A stretch of 64,000 nucleotides of DNA, from contig JAFDDR010000001.1 in assembly GCA_019310785.1 (NCBI GenBank), positions 19,988-83,987 on the forward strand, written 5' to 3'. The notes under the pieces were generated by a model. The model saw nothing but the letters and a program-made list of their open reading frames with translations. It was not told the DNA's origin and searched no databases. How positions within the stretch are numbered: the first letter of the stretch is position 1; each line of letters begins with the position of its first letter. The DNA comes from Deltaproteobacteria bacterium (GTDB lineage Bacteria; Desulfobacterota; DSM-4660; Desulfatiglandales; Desulfatiglandaceae). Made by a program: the position numbers and the translations under genes. Of this stretch, positions 56,145 to 64,000 are shown in pieces.

Positions 56145-58964
56145 TCAATTCATAAGCTGCTTTTTCAAAAACTGCCCCGTGTATGAGCCCTTGATTGCTG
56201 AGATTTCTTCGGGCGTTCCCGTCCCCACAATATAACCGCCCTTTTCTCCTCCCTCCGGACCGAGATCAATAATATGATCGGCCGTTTTTATCACGTCTAA
56301 ATTATGCTCGATGACCACGACCGTGTTCTTGAGCTCCACGAGATGATTTAAGACTTCGAGGAGTTTCCGAATATCGGCGAAATGGAGACCGGTGGTCGGT
56401 TCATCGAGGAGATAAAGTGTCCTCCCGGTATTTTTTTTGCTCAGCTCCTTGGAAAGCTTTATCCTCTGAGCTTCACCTCCCGACAGCGTAGTAGCCGGCT
56501 GCCCTAACTTGATATACCCGAGACCCACATCAACTAAGGTCTTCAACTTGTTTTTAATCCGGGGGATGGTTTCGAAAAAGGAAAATGCCTGGTTCACAGT
56601 CATATCAAGGACACTCGCGATACTGTAGCCCTTGTATTTTACCTCCAATGTGTCGCGATTATAACGAAGACCTTTGCATGCCTCACATGTAACGTAAACA
56701 TCCGGAAGAAAATGCATCTCTATCTTTATGATGCCGTCCCCTTTGCATGCCTCACATCTTCCGCCTTTTACATTAAAGCTGAATCTTCCCGGCCTGTATC
56801 CCCTTACCTTAGATTCGGGCAGTATTGAAAACAGTTCACGGATATACGTAAATGCCCCGGTGTAAGTTGCCGGATTGGAGCGCGGGGTCCTGCCGATGGG
56901 GCTCTGGTCAATGTTGACCACCTTGTCAATATGATAGATTCCCTTGATTGATTTTACGCGTCCAACCCTGGTTTTGGAACGGTAGAGTTTCTGACAAAGG
57001 GCGGGAGAAAGGATGCCATTTATCAGGCTGCTCTTGCCCGAACCGGAAACACCCGTGACACAGGTAAAAACGCCCAATGGAATTTCCACGACAATCTCTT
57101 TCAAATTATTTTCTTGAGCACCCTCGATCACAATGGCCTGACCGTTTCCAGTACGCCTTACCCCGGGCAAGGGAATGGTCTGCTTATGCGCAAGGTACTG
57201 GCCTGTCAATGAGACCTTGTCACAAACCAACTCATCAGGCGTCCCCTCGAAGACCACATGTCCTCCCTTTAGCCCCGCCCCGGGTCCCATATCAATCACA
57301 TGGTCGGCAGACAAAATGGTCTCGGCATCATGCTCAACTACCATCACCGTATTCCCCAGATCTTTCAATCGTTTCAGATTGTCTAATAGCTGGAGGTTAT
57401 CCCTCTGGTGGAGGCCGATGCTGGGCTCGTCCAGGACGTAAAGCACCCCGGCCAGCCCGCTGCTTATCTGTGTGGCTAACCTGATTCGCTGATCCTCGCC
57501 CCCGGAAAGGGTCCCCGAAGGACGATCAATGGCAAGGTAGTCAAGACCTACACTTCTCAAGAAACCCAGTCGCTCCCTGATCTCCTTTAGAACCCTTAAG
57601 GCAATGACTTTTTCCTTGGTGCTTAGATTCAAAGTCTGAAAAAACTCATAGGCCTTTTCAATAGAAAGGGCCGTAATCTCATGAATGCCCATTCCTCCCA
57701 CCCGAACCGCCAGGCTGATCGGTCTCAACCTTGCGCCCCCGCAGTCCGGGCAGGGGTTCAAACTCATATATCGCTCAATCTCTTCCCTCACCTGATAGGA
57801 GTCTGTTTCATGGTACCGTCTTTCAAGGTTGGGGATGATCCCCTCAAAGTTTTTTGTATAAGAATACCTCCGGTCATCCTTCTCAAAATAAAATTTCACA
57901 TCTTGTTTCCCTGAACCATAAAGAAAAGCATCTCGCACATCTTCGGGTAGTTCACTGACAGGAGCATAAATATCAATGCCGTAATGCTCGCACAGGGAAT
58001 CAAGCATCTGCTGGAAATATACAGAGTGCCGGTTCGCCCATGGGGCAATGGCCCCTTCTCTCAAGGAAAGATCAGGATCGGGAATGATCAGGTCCGGATC
58101 AAAATATCTCTTTGTGCCCAACCCGCTGCACTCACGGCATGCCCCCTGGGGATTATTAAAAGAAAACATCTGGGGTGTCAGTTCCGGGATACTGAGCCCG
58201 CATTTGTGGCAAGCGGCCTTCTGGCTGAAAAAGATTTCTTCTGATCCGACAATGTCCAGGACCGCAATCCCGTCAGAAAGCGAAAGGGTAAGTTCCATGG
58301 AATCGGTAAGACGTCGTTGGATCTCTTTTTTGATGACCAGTCTGTCCACCACTACGCTGATTGCGTGTTTTTTGTTCTTATCCAAGGAAATATCTTCGTC
58401 TAAAAGCCTGATCTGCCCGTCTATCTTGACCCGGGTAAAGCCGTCTTTGCGCAGACGCTGAAGGAGCTGGGTGTGCGCGCCTTTTCGTCCGTCAACCAAA
58501 GGGGCCAATACCTGGACCCTGGTCTCCTGCTCAAGCTTCATAATCTGATCCACAATCTGCTGGGTGGTCTGGGAACTGATTTTCAGACCGCATTTCGGGC
58601 AATGGGGCTGCCCTATTCTGGCAAACAGGACCCTCAGATAATCATATATTTCCGTTACCGTGCCGACCGTGGACCGTGGATTTCGATTTGAAGTTCGCTG
58701 TTCAATGGCTATGGCAGGAGACAACCCTTCAATGGAATCCACATCCGGTTTTTCCATCTGCTCAAGGAACTGACGGGCGTAGGCGGACAAAGATTCCACA
58801 TACCTCCGCTGCCCTTCGGCATAGATGGTATCAAAGGCCAGGGAAGACTTGCCGGAGCCTGATAATCCCGTAATGACGACCAGTTTATTCCTCGGGATAT
58901 CTAAGGAGATATCCTTCAGGTTGTGCTGCCTGGCCTTTCTTATTTTTATATAATCGGTTGACAT
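56145..58964 (-). CDS. uvrA: excinuclease ABC subunit A
   Basis: Two ABC modules (GLSGSGKSS and GVSGSGKSS) and zinc-finger Cys pairs. The ATG at 58964 ([17 protein letters not shown]) is preferred over the track's TTG at 58997. Confidence 0.93.
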   Translation of the reverse strand: MSTDYIKIRKARQHNLKDISLDIPRNKLVVITGLSGSGKSSLAFDTIYAEGQRRYVESLSAYARQFLEQMEKPDVDSIEGLSPAIAIEQRTSNRNPRSTVGTVTEIYDYLRVLFARIGQPHCPKCGLKISSQTTQQIVDQIMKLEQETRVQVLAPLVDGRKGAHTQLLQRLRKDGFTRVKIDGQIRLLDEDISLDKNKKHAISVVVDRLVIKKEIQRRLTDSMELTLSLSDGIAVLDIVGSEEIFFSQKAACHKCGLSIPELTPQMFSFNNPQGACRECSGLGTKRYFDPDLIIPDPDLSLREGAIAPWANRHSVYFQQMLDSLCEHYGIDIYAPVSELPEDVRDAFLYGSGKQDVKFYFEKDDRRYSYTKNFEGIIPNLERRYHETDSYQVREEIERYMSLNPCPDCGGARLRPISLAVRVGGMGIHEITALSIEKAYEFFQTLNLSTKEKVIALRVLKEIRERLGFLRSVGLDYLAIDRPSGTLSGGEDQRIRLATQISSGLAGVLYVLDEPSIGLHQRDNLQLLDNLKRLKDLGNTVMVVEHDAETILSADHVIDMGPGAGLKGGHVVFEGTPDELVCDKVSLTGQYLAHKQTIPLPGVRRTGNGQAIVIEGAQENNLKEIVVEIPLGVFTCVTGVSGSGKSSLINGILSPALCQKLYRSKTRVGRVKSIKGIYHIDKVVNIDQSPIGRTPRSNPATYTGAFTYIRELFSILPESKVRGYRPGRFSFNVKGGRCEACKGDGIIKIEMHFLPDVYVTCEACKGLRYNRDTLEVKYKGYSIASVLDMTVNQAFSFFETIPRIKNKLKTLVDVGLGYIKLGQPATTLSGGEAQRIKLSKELSKKNTGRTLYLLDEPTTGLHFADIRKLLEVLNHLVELKNTVVVIEHNLDVIKTADHIIDLGPEGGEKGGYIVGTGTPEEISAIKGSYTGQFLKKQLMN

Positions 58965-59012
58965 AATGAAGTTTAGTGCTTGCCAGGACAACGTCAAAGT
59001 CCAGAGGGAATT

Positions 59013-60026
59013 TTATGACCAACTTCCTGTCCTGTTCTTTACCATTTCAGCGGCCATCCGGATCGCTGCCTTTAGGCTGGACGCATCAGCCTCACCGGTC
59101 CCTGCAATATCATAGGCAGTCCCATGATCAACAGACGTCCTTATAATGGGAAGCCCCAATGTCACATTCACCGCATCAGAAAAATGGAGAAGCTTCAAAG
59201 GGATTAGCCCCTGATCGTGATACATGGCAATCACCGCCTCAAACCGACCTTTGGCTGCCTTATAAAAAAGAGTGTCCGAAGGCAACGGACCCACCACGTT
59301 GACGCCCTCATTTTCCGCCCTTACGACCGCGGGTCTTATTATTTTCTCTTCCTCGGATCCAAAGAGACCTTCCTCTCCTGCATGGGGATTGAGTGCTGCT
59401 ACGGCCAGGCTGGACTTTTCAAGACCAAAGTCCTCTCGAAGTGCCCTGGCCGTTATTAAGATTGTCCTGTAAATCAACTCCTCATTTAAAATGTCCGGCA
59501 CATCTTTTAGTGCACAGTGGATGGTCGCGAGGGCCACGCGCAGGCTTTCCCCGGCCAACATCATCACGTATTCATCAGTATTCGTAAAATGGGCAATCAG
59601 TTGCGTATGGCCGTCGTACCGGTATCCGGCCTGGTGCATCAGGACCTTACTGATGGGACAGGTAACCATAGCGCCGAGCTCTCCAGCCCGGCACATCCCT
59701 ACGGCTCTGATAATATATTCCACCATGGCCTTACCACCCTCCACCGTGGGCTCTCCGGGCAGGATGTCCTCGCTTTTAAATTCAGACAGGGCCATTAGGT
59801 CCACCTTGCCCGGAATGGCCTTGGCTTCGAAGGGCTTTGAAATGATATTCAAGGACATCTCACGGGAAGACGTCAAAATAGCCGAAGAAAGCACCCCCGG
59901 GTCCCCCAAAACCACGGGCAGGCAGAATCCATAAATATTCCTGTCGGCTAATGCCTTGACAATAATCTCGGGCCCAACTCCGGCAGGGTCCCCCATGGTA
60001 ATGCCTATAATAGGAAGATCAGTCAA
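59013..60026 (-). CDS. pdxA: 4-hydroxythreonine-4-phosphate dehydrogenase
   Basis: 337 aa with ITMGDPAGVGPEI and DHGTA motifs. TTG start. Confidence 0.85.
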   Translation of the reverse strand: MTDLPIIGITMGDPAGVGPEIIVKALADRNIYGFCLPVVLGDPGVLSSAILTSSREMSLNIISKPFEAKAIPGKVDLMALSEFKSEDILPGEPTVEGGKAMVEYIIRAVGMCRAGELGAMVTCPISKVLMHQAGYRYDGHTQLIAHFTNTDEYVMMLAGESLRVALATIHCALKDVPDILNEELIYRTILITARALREDFGLEKSSLAVAALNPHAGEEGLFGSEEEKIIRPAVVRAENEGVNVVGPLPSDTLFYKAAKGRFEAVIAMYHDQGLIPLKLLHFSDAVNVTLGLPIIRTSVDHGTAYDIAGTGEADASSLKAAIRMAAEMVKNRTGSWS

Positions 60027-60128
60027 ATTTTGCTCCAGAAACGAATTAAATTTTTTATTATTTCTCCTTTATGAACCGCTGTCAATAACGTTTCCTGGGA
60101 AACATCAAAGTCAAAACAACAGCTAAAG

Positions 60129-60459
60129 AAAAATCCCCCTCTGTCCCCCTTTAAAAAAGGGGGAAGATTATGAAAAAACGTAACTGGTTGTCAGGTTCAC
60201 GGTTCACAGTTCAAGGTTAATCGCTTTGCTGTTTTCTTCATATCTCCTCTGCAACAAAGAATTCGCTCCGGATTTGTGTGCAATAGCACCTGGTATTCTG
60301 CAAGAACTGGATGAACTATGCATTTGGTTTAGAATCTAACCTGTCTTTCATCAATCTAACCTTGAACCCTGAACCTCTGAACGTTGAAACCTGAGCAGTT
60401 ACAAGTACAAAACATACGTTCCCCCCTTTTTCAAAGGGGGGTAGGGGGGATTTTAAAAC
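60129..60459. repeat. inverted duplication of a ~100-bp stutter repeat (family 4) around a ~130-bp spacer
   Basis: The left arm is AAAATCCCCCTCTGTCCCCCTTTAAAAAAGGGGG...GGTTCACGGTTCACAGTTCAAGGTTAATCG. The reverse complement of the right arm is AAAATCCCCCCTACCCCCCCTTTGAAAAAGGGGGG...GGTTCAGAGGTTCAGGGTTCAAGGTTAGATTG. Confidence 0.75.
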
Positions 60460-60511
60460 AGGGCAATGGCTTTCTGAGAAATGAGTAAAAGGATTCCATG
60501 ATGAAGGGCCG

Positions 60512-62119
60512 TTACGAGGTTGCGTTTTTCCAGTATCCCGGTCCTTTGGGAAGGTTTTCAATGTCTAAGAGAATTGATATATCGCCGTTTTCAAGGATAC
60601 CTATACCAGCGAAAAGCCTTACCTTTGCCACCAGTTCCCCAACGGGCATGACCATTATGGGCTTATTGCCGATAATGCTGTCCACGGCCACTTCAATTTG
60701 CACCTCCGCTCCGTTTTCGGTGTACTTTTCTCCGGGATGTCTGAGCTTCAGAATATGAGATTCCTTTCTTCCATCAGACCTAACACCCAATAAACCCTTT
60801 AGGTCATAATAAGAATCCGTATCATCAGGAAAGATAGTCTCCCTTTGGTCTATGGATACAACATTGGAGGTGGGGATGGAGAGGGTGTATTCACCTAATC
60901 TGAAATTTATGGTGTAAACAACCGAAAGGGAGACGGGAAGCTTTATAGTGAATTCAGTCCCTTTTTCCGGTACCGAGTCAATGGTCATGGCGCCGCCTAA
61001 ATACTCAATAGCCTGGGCAACCACATTCATTCCAATACCCCTGCCCGCAATGTCCGTGGCTTCGGACACAGAAGTAAAATCAGGGCTGAGGATGGTATCA
61101 AAAAACTCCTGTTGGGACATCCGCACGATATCTTCATCTCTCATGGAGTTCTTATCCTTGAGGTATCTGGTAATGGCTGACCTGTTAATTCCTCTCCCGT
61201 CGTCGCTCAATTTGATGATAAGGCTATCTCCTTTTCGGGTCGCATCCAGCCGTATTTCCCCTTCAGCTCTTTTCCCAAGTTTTATGCGTTCATCGGACGG
61301 TTCAATCCCATGGGCAATGGAATTTCTGAAGATATGGACAAAAGGCTCCCTGAGACGTTCAAGAAGGGTGATATCCGCCTCTAAGGCCCCTCCTACCACC
61401 TTGAACGTGACCTCCTTACTGTTTTCCTTAGCGAGATTTCTTATAGTCTTTACAAAGATATCTGCGAAGTCCGCCACTGAGACGAGGCGCAACTGGGCCA
61501 GGCGAAAATGGAACCCCTTGAGCATGGAAGTGTAGTCATCAATCCAGTTTTTAAGACCCCCGGATATCTGTTCCAAGGAAAGTGGCGGCAGGGCATTTTC
61601 CAAAAAAAGGATTTCCTGGGAAAGGCCTAGAAGCTCTTCAATCAGGGAGTACTTCACCCTGACATATTTCAGACCTTCGGCAGATGAGCGATTGGAGAGT
61701 TGAGGCAGCGCAGCCGTATCAACCTCGAGCCCCAATACCTTGAGCCCCTTTCTGAATTTCGAGATCAGAGTGTCATACAAGTTCCGGTCTTCTGCAGAAC
61801 CGATTTCGTCCATTCTCGCCACTAAGAGTCTGAGCATGTCCCCGCCCTGAAAGATCAACTGGATGGCATTGGGCTGAGGTTCCGCAGCACCCTGTTGAAA
61901 CTCCTTACACCACTTTTCCATGGCGTGGCTCAAGGTGGTAATCTTTTCCAGGCTGAGGGCCCTGGCCATGCCTTTTATGGAATGTGTTTTACCGTGGATG
62001 TCGGCCCACAGGTCGAGGTTGGACGGTTCTTTTTCCACGCGAATCAGGAGCCGGTCGAGTTCATCAAGGTATTTCTCCGACTCCTGAGTAAATATTTTTT
62101 CATATTTTGTCAGATCCAT
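60512..62119 (-). CDS. cheA: chemotaxis histidine kinase CheA (short form: Hpt-dimerisation-HATPase-CheW-like)
   Basis: Hpt motif HGKTHSIKGMA, an HATPase G-box GRGIGMNVV and a C-terminal CheW-like domain. Confidence 0.85.
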   Translation of the reverse strand: MDLTKYEKIFTQESEKYLDELDRLLIRVEKEPSNLDLWADIHGKTHSIKGMARALSLEKITTLSHAMEKWCKEFQQGAAEPQPNAIQLIFQGGDMLRLLVARMDEIGSAEDRNLYDTLISKFRKGLKVLGLEVDTAALPQLSNRSSAEGLKYVRVKYSLIEELLGLSQEILFLENALPPLSLEQISGGLKNWIDDYTSMLKGFHFRLAQLRLVSVADFADIFVKTIRNLAKENSKEVTFKVVGGALEADITLLERLREPFVHIFRNSIAHGIEPSDERIKLGKRAEGEIRLDATRKGDSLIIKLSDDGRGINRSAITRYLKDKNSMRDEDIVRMSQQEFFDTILSPDFTSVSEATDIAGRGIGMNVVAQAIEYLGGAMTIDSVPEKGTEFTIKLPVSLSVVYTINFRLGEYTLSIPTSNVVSIDQRETIFPDDTDSYYDLKGLLGVRSDGRKESHILKLRHPGEKYTENGAEVQIEVAVDSIIGNKPIMVMPVGELVAKVRLFAGIGILENGDISILLDIENLPKGPGYWKNATS

Positions 62120-62519
62120 AGGGCAGTTTCAACAATGTGCTCCATATGTATTCAGGAGTAACAAGCCGCACAGTATATTTCCCGCCGGTATAAACGGTAT
62201 CTACATTTTTTCCGTCCTCAATCCATAACAACCCAACGATTCCATCGGGAACCAGCGCCATTTTCTTGTCAGACCATTTTACAAGGATAATCCTGTACTT
62301 ATCCTTAAGGCCTTCCTTTCTCTTTCCAAGCAGGCTTACAATATCAACAACATCAAACAGCTCTCCCCTGTAATACATCAGGCCAAGATGACTCGCTGGA
62401 GCCAAGGGAACAGGTGTAATCACGGCATCTTCCACTACACGGTAGACATGCCGGGCCTCTATTCCCAGGTATTCATCTGCTGTCTTAAAAGCAAACCATT
62501 CCAAATAAAATACCCTCAC
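62100..62519 (-). CDS. cheW: chemotaxis coupling protein CheW
   Basis: 139 aa with CheW-like sequence (YLGIEARHVYRVVE...GLMYYRGELFDVVD). Confidence 0.85.
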   Translation of the reverse strand: MRVFYLEWFAFKTADEYLGIEARHVYRVVEDAVITPVPLAPASHLGLMYYRGELFDVVDIVSLLGKRKEGLKDKYRIILVKWSDKKMALVPDGIVGLLWIEDGKNVDTVYTGGKYTVRLVTPEYIWSTLLKLPYGSDKI

Positions 62520-62533
62520 ATAGCTCGGTTATT

Positions 62534-63773
62534 TTATAAATCAGGCTCCTCGCCTGCGCTGAGCTTAAAGCGCCTCTGGGTTTCCACCATCTTTTCCGAA
62601 AGGGCGTTCAGTGCCTTCATTGCCTTTACTATCTTTATCATGTCTTCTTTTTGGTTTCTGGTCGCAATAGTGGTCTTCTGGGTGGAGACAAAGTTCTTAT
62701 TGGCAAGCCGTGAAAGCTCTTGAAAATGGTTTAAAATGCCTCTCATCTGTTTTACCTGCTTGCCTATCCTTGACACCTTTTAGTGTCTCGCCAAATGTAT
62801 CTACCAACCTGTGGATGGTTCTCCTCCCATGATTGATCCCCTCCTGGCTTTTGGCAAGGGCAGCGGACACGGCCTGGTTGTCTTCGAGAATGTTTTCAAT
62901 CATTTTCCTGATGTCCTGGGATGACCGCTTGGAGTTGTCGGCCATACTTCTTATTTCATCGGCCACTAAGGCAAAACCCTTACCTGTTTCGCCGGCCCTT
63001 GTGGCCTCGATTGAGGCATTGAGGGAAAGCAGGTCTGTCTTCCGGGCAATATCGTCAATTACACTAACGACCATTTTTATTTTTTCCACTTTATTCGCCA
63101 ATTGAAAAATAGGCTGGGTGTTTTCTACCATCTGTTTAAGAACGTCATCCAGATAACCGAGGGTCTCCCGGGCCTCGGCCTCACCCTTTTCGGTTTTAAG
63201 TCGCGCCTCATTGACTTTTGAAACCGTCTCTGCCGACTGCCTGACCATCTCGTCCATCTCGTTCAATCCATTATCCAGGCTGAGAGAGGTTTTTTGAACA
63301 ATAAGGGTCTGCTCCTCAGAGCCCTTCGCTATGAGCTTTGCCGACTGGTCTATCTCCTTACTGTTTGCCACCACTTTTTTCACTAAGCTGGAAAGACTCC
63401 TGTTGGTTTTCCGGATTTGTTGGGAGACATTTTTCAAGTCAAGTATCATGGCCCTTAAATCATCAACCATCGTACTGAATATCTCTTCAAGGTCTCTGAC
63501 CTCGTCCAGAGACAATAAGGGAATGTCCCTGGAAAGATCTCCCCGGCTGATTTCCCTGGCGACATTACTGAGGCTGTTCAACCTGTTTACGAGGGATTTG
63601 GAAAACATACTTCCGAAAATAATGCCTGCAATAAGGGCCAAGACAGCGGATATGGCCTGGGCCAGAAAAAAATCATCCGATATCCGGTTCACAACACCGA
63701 CCACTACCAAAACAATCAACAGCAAGGCTAAAAAGCTGAGGATAAGCTTATTTTTCAGGCTTGTTCTGCCCAT
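62534..63773 (-). pseudogene. methyl-accepting chemotaxis protein, reading frame interrupted by a frameshift near 62760-62780
   Basis: ORF 62697-63773 has 2 TM segments, a HAMP domain and the first half of the signalling hairpin (LLSLNASIEATRAGETGKGFALVADEIRSMAD). The rest of the signalling domain (IGKQVKQMRGILNHFQELS...RRFKL) continues in another frame as ORF 62534-62776. Confidence 0.7.
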
Positions 63774-64000
63774 TTACCGGTATCCTCCATGGTTATGATC
63801 CACCCAGCTATTTCACCATCAATCTTGAAAAGAGAGACAATGATACGGATCTGTTGAGAATTAACAAATACGGAAAAAACGGCCTTTCCCAATTCCTGTT
63901 TGAGGAGCACTCTCTTGAGTGCCTCGATTACTACTAACCTTTCTTTCCCTGAAAACAGGGACACGATCTGACGATTCAACAGCTCTTCAGACGATTTGTT
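63755..64000 (-). CDS. PAS-like domain protein, C-terminal part (partial, runs off the window)
   Basis: The frame is open to the window edge. The C-terminal ...DGEIAGWIITMEDTG resembles the end of a PAS fold. It overlaps the MCP start by 19 nt. Confidence 0.45.
   Translation of the reverse strand, partial: NKSSEELLNRQIVSLFSGKERLVVIEALKRVLLKQELGKAVFSVFVNSQQIRIIVSLFKIDGEIAGWIITMEDTGKWAEQA

Overview
This 64 kb window has roughly mid-range GC content. It looks like chromosomal DNA from a Desulfobacterales-like, sulfate-reducer-type deltaproteobacterium. That guess rests on gene content: an AhbA/B-type siroheme decarboxylase, Rex, a split atpZ-I-B-E operon, PPi-type PFK signatures and many stutter-type intergenic repeats. 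Most of the window is housekeeping: two tRNAs, a TRAP transporter followed by NAD-salvage genes, mtaB, mnmA, pyk, ispG, proS, rel/spoT, rpmB, mpl, hemL, uvrA and pdxA. It also holds a PqiABC-LolA-like-RND lipid-trafficking cluster, a Liv-type ABC operon, a PadR detox cluster and a cheA-cheW-MCP cluster.

There are two small accessory islets. The first (20.7-26.3 kb) carries a single-chain type IIG restriction-modification enzyme plus HipBA, and is visibly AT-richer than its flanks. The second (48.6-51.1 kb) carries an NTase pair, VapBC, a HicB-like gene and an ORF-free, hairpin-rich 330 nt segment.

The observations I rate highest are:
- a TRAP transporter that appears co-transcribed with pncA, a degenerate Tpt1-like gene and pncB, making it a candidate TRAP-type niacin uptake and salvage module;
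- an RND/MMPL exporter fused to a cNMP-binding domain and translationally chained to PqiABC;
- Rex operators at the atp promoter and upstream of rex;
- several families of palindromic or stutter intergenic repeats.

All product calls come from reading the translated ORFs by eye. No database search was run.
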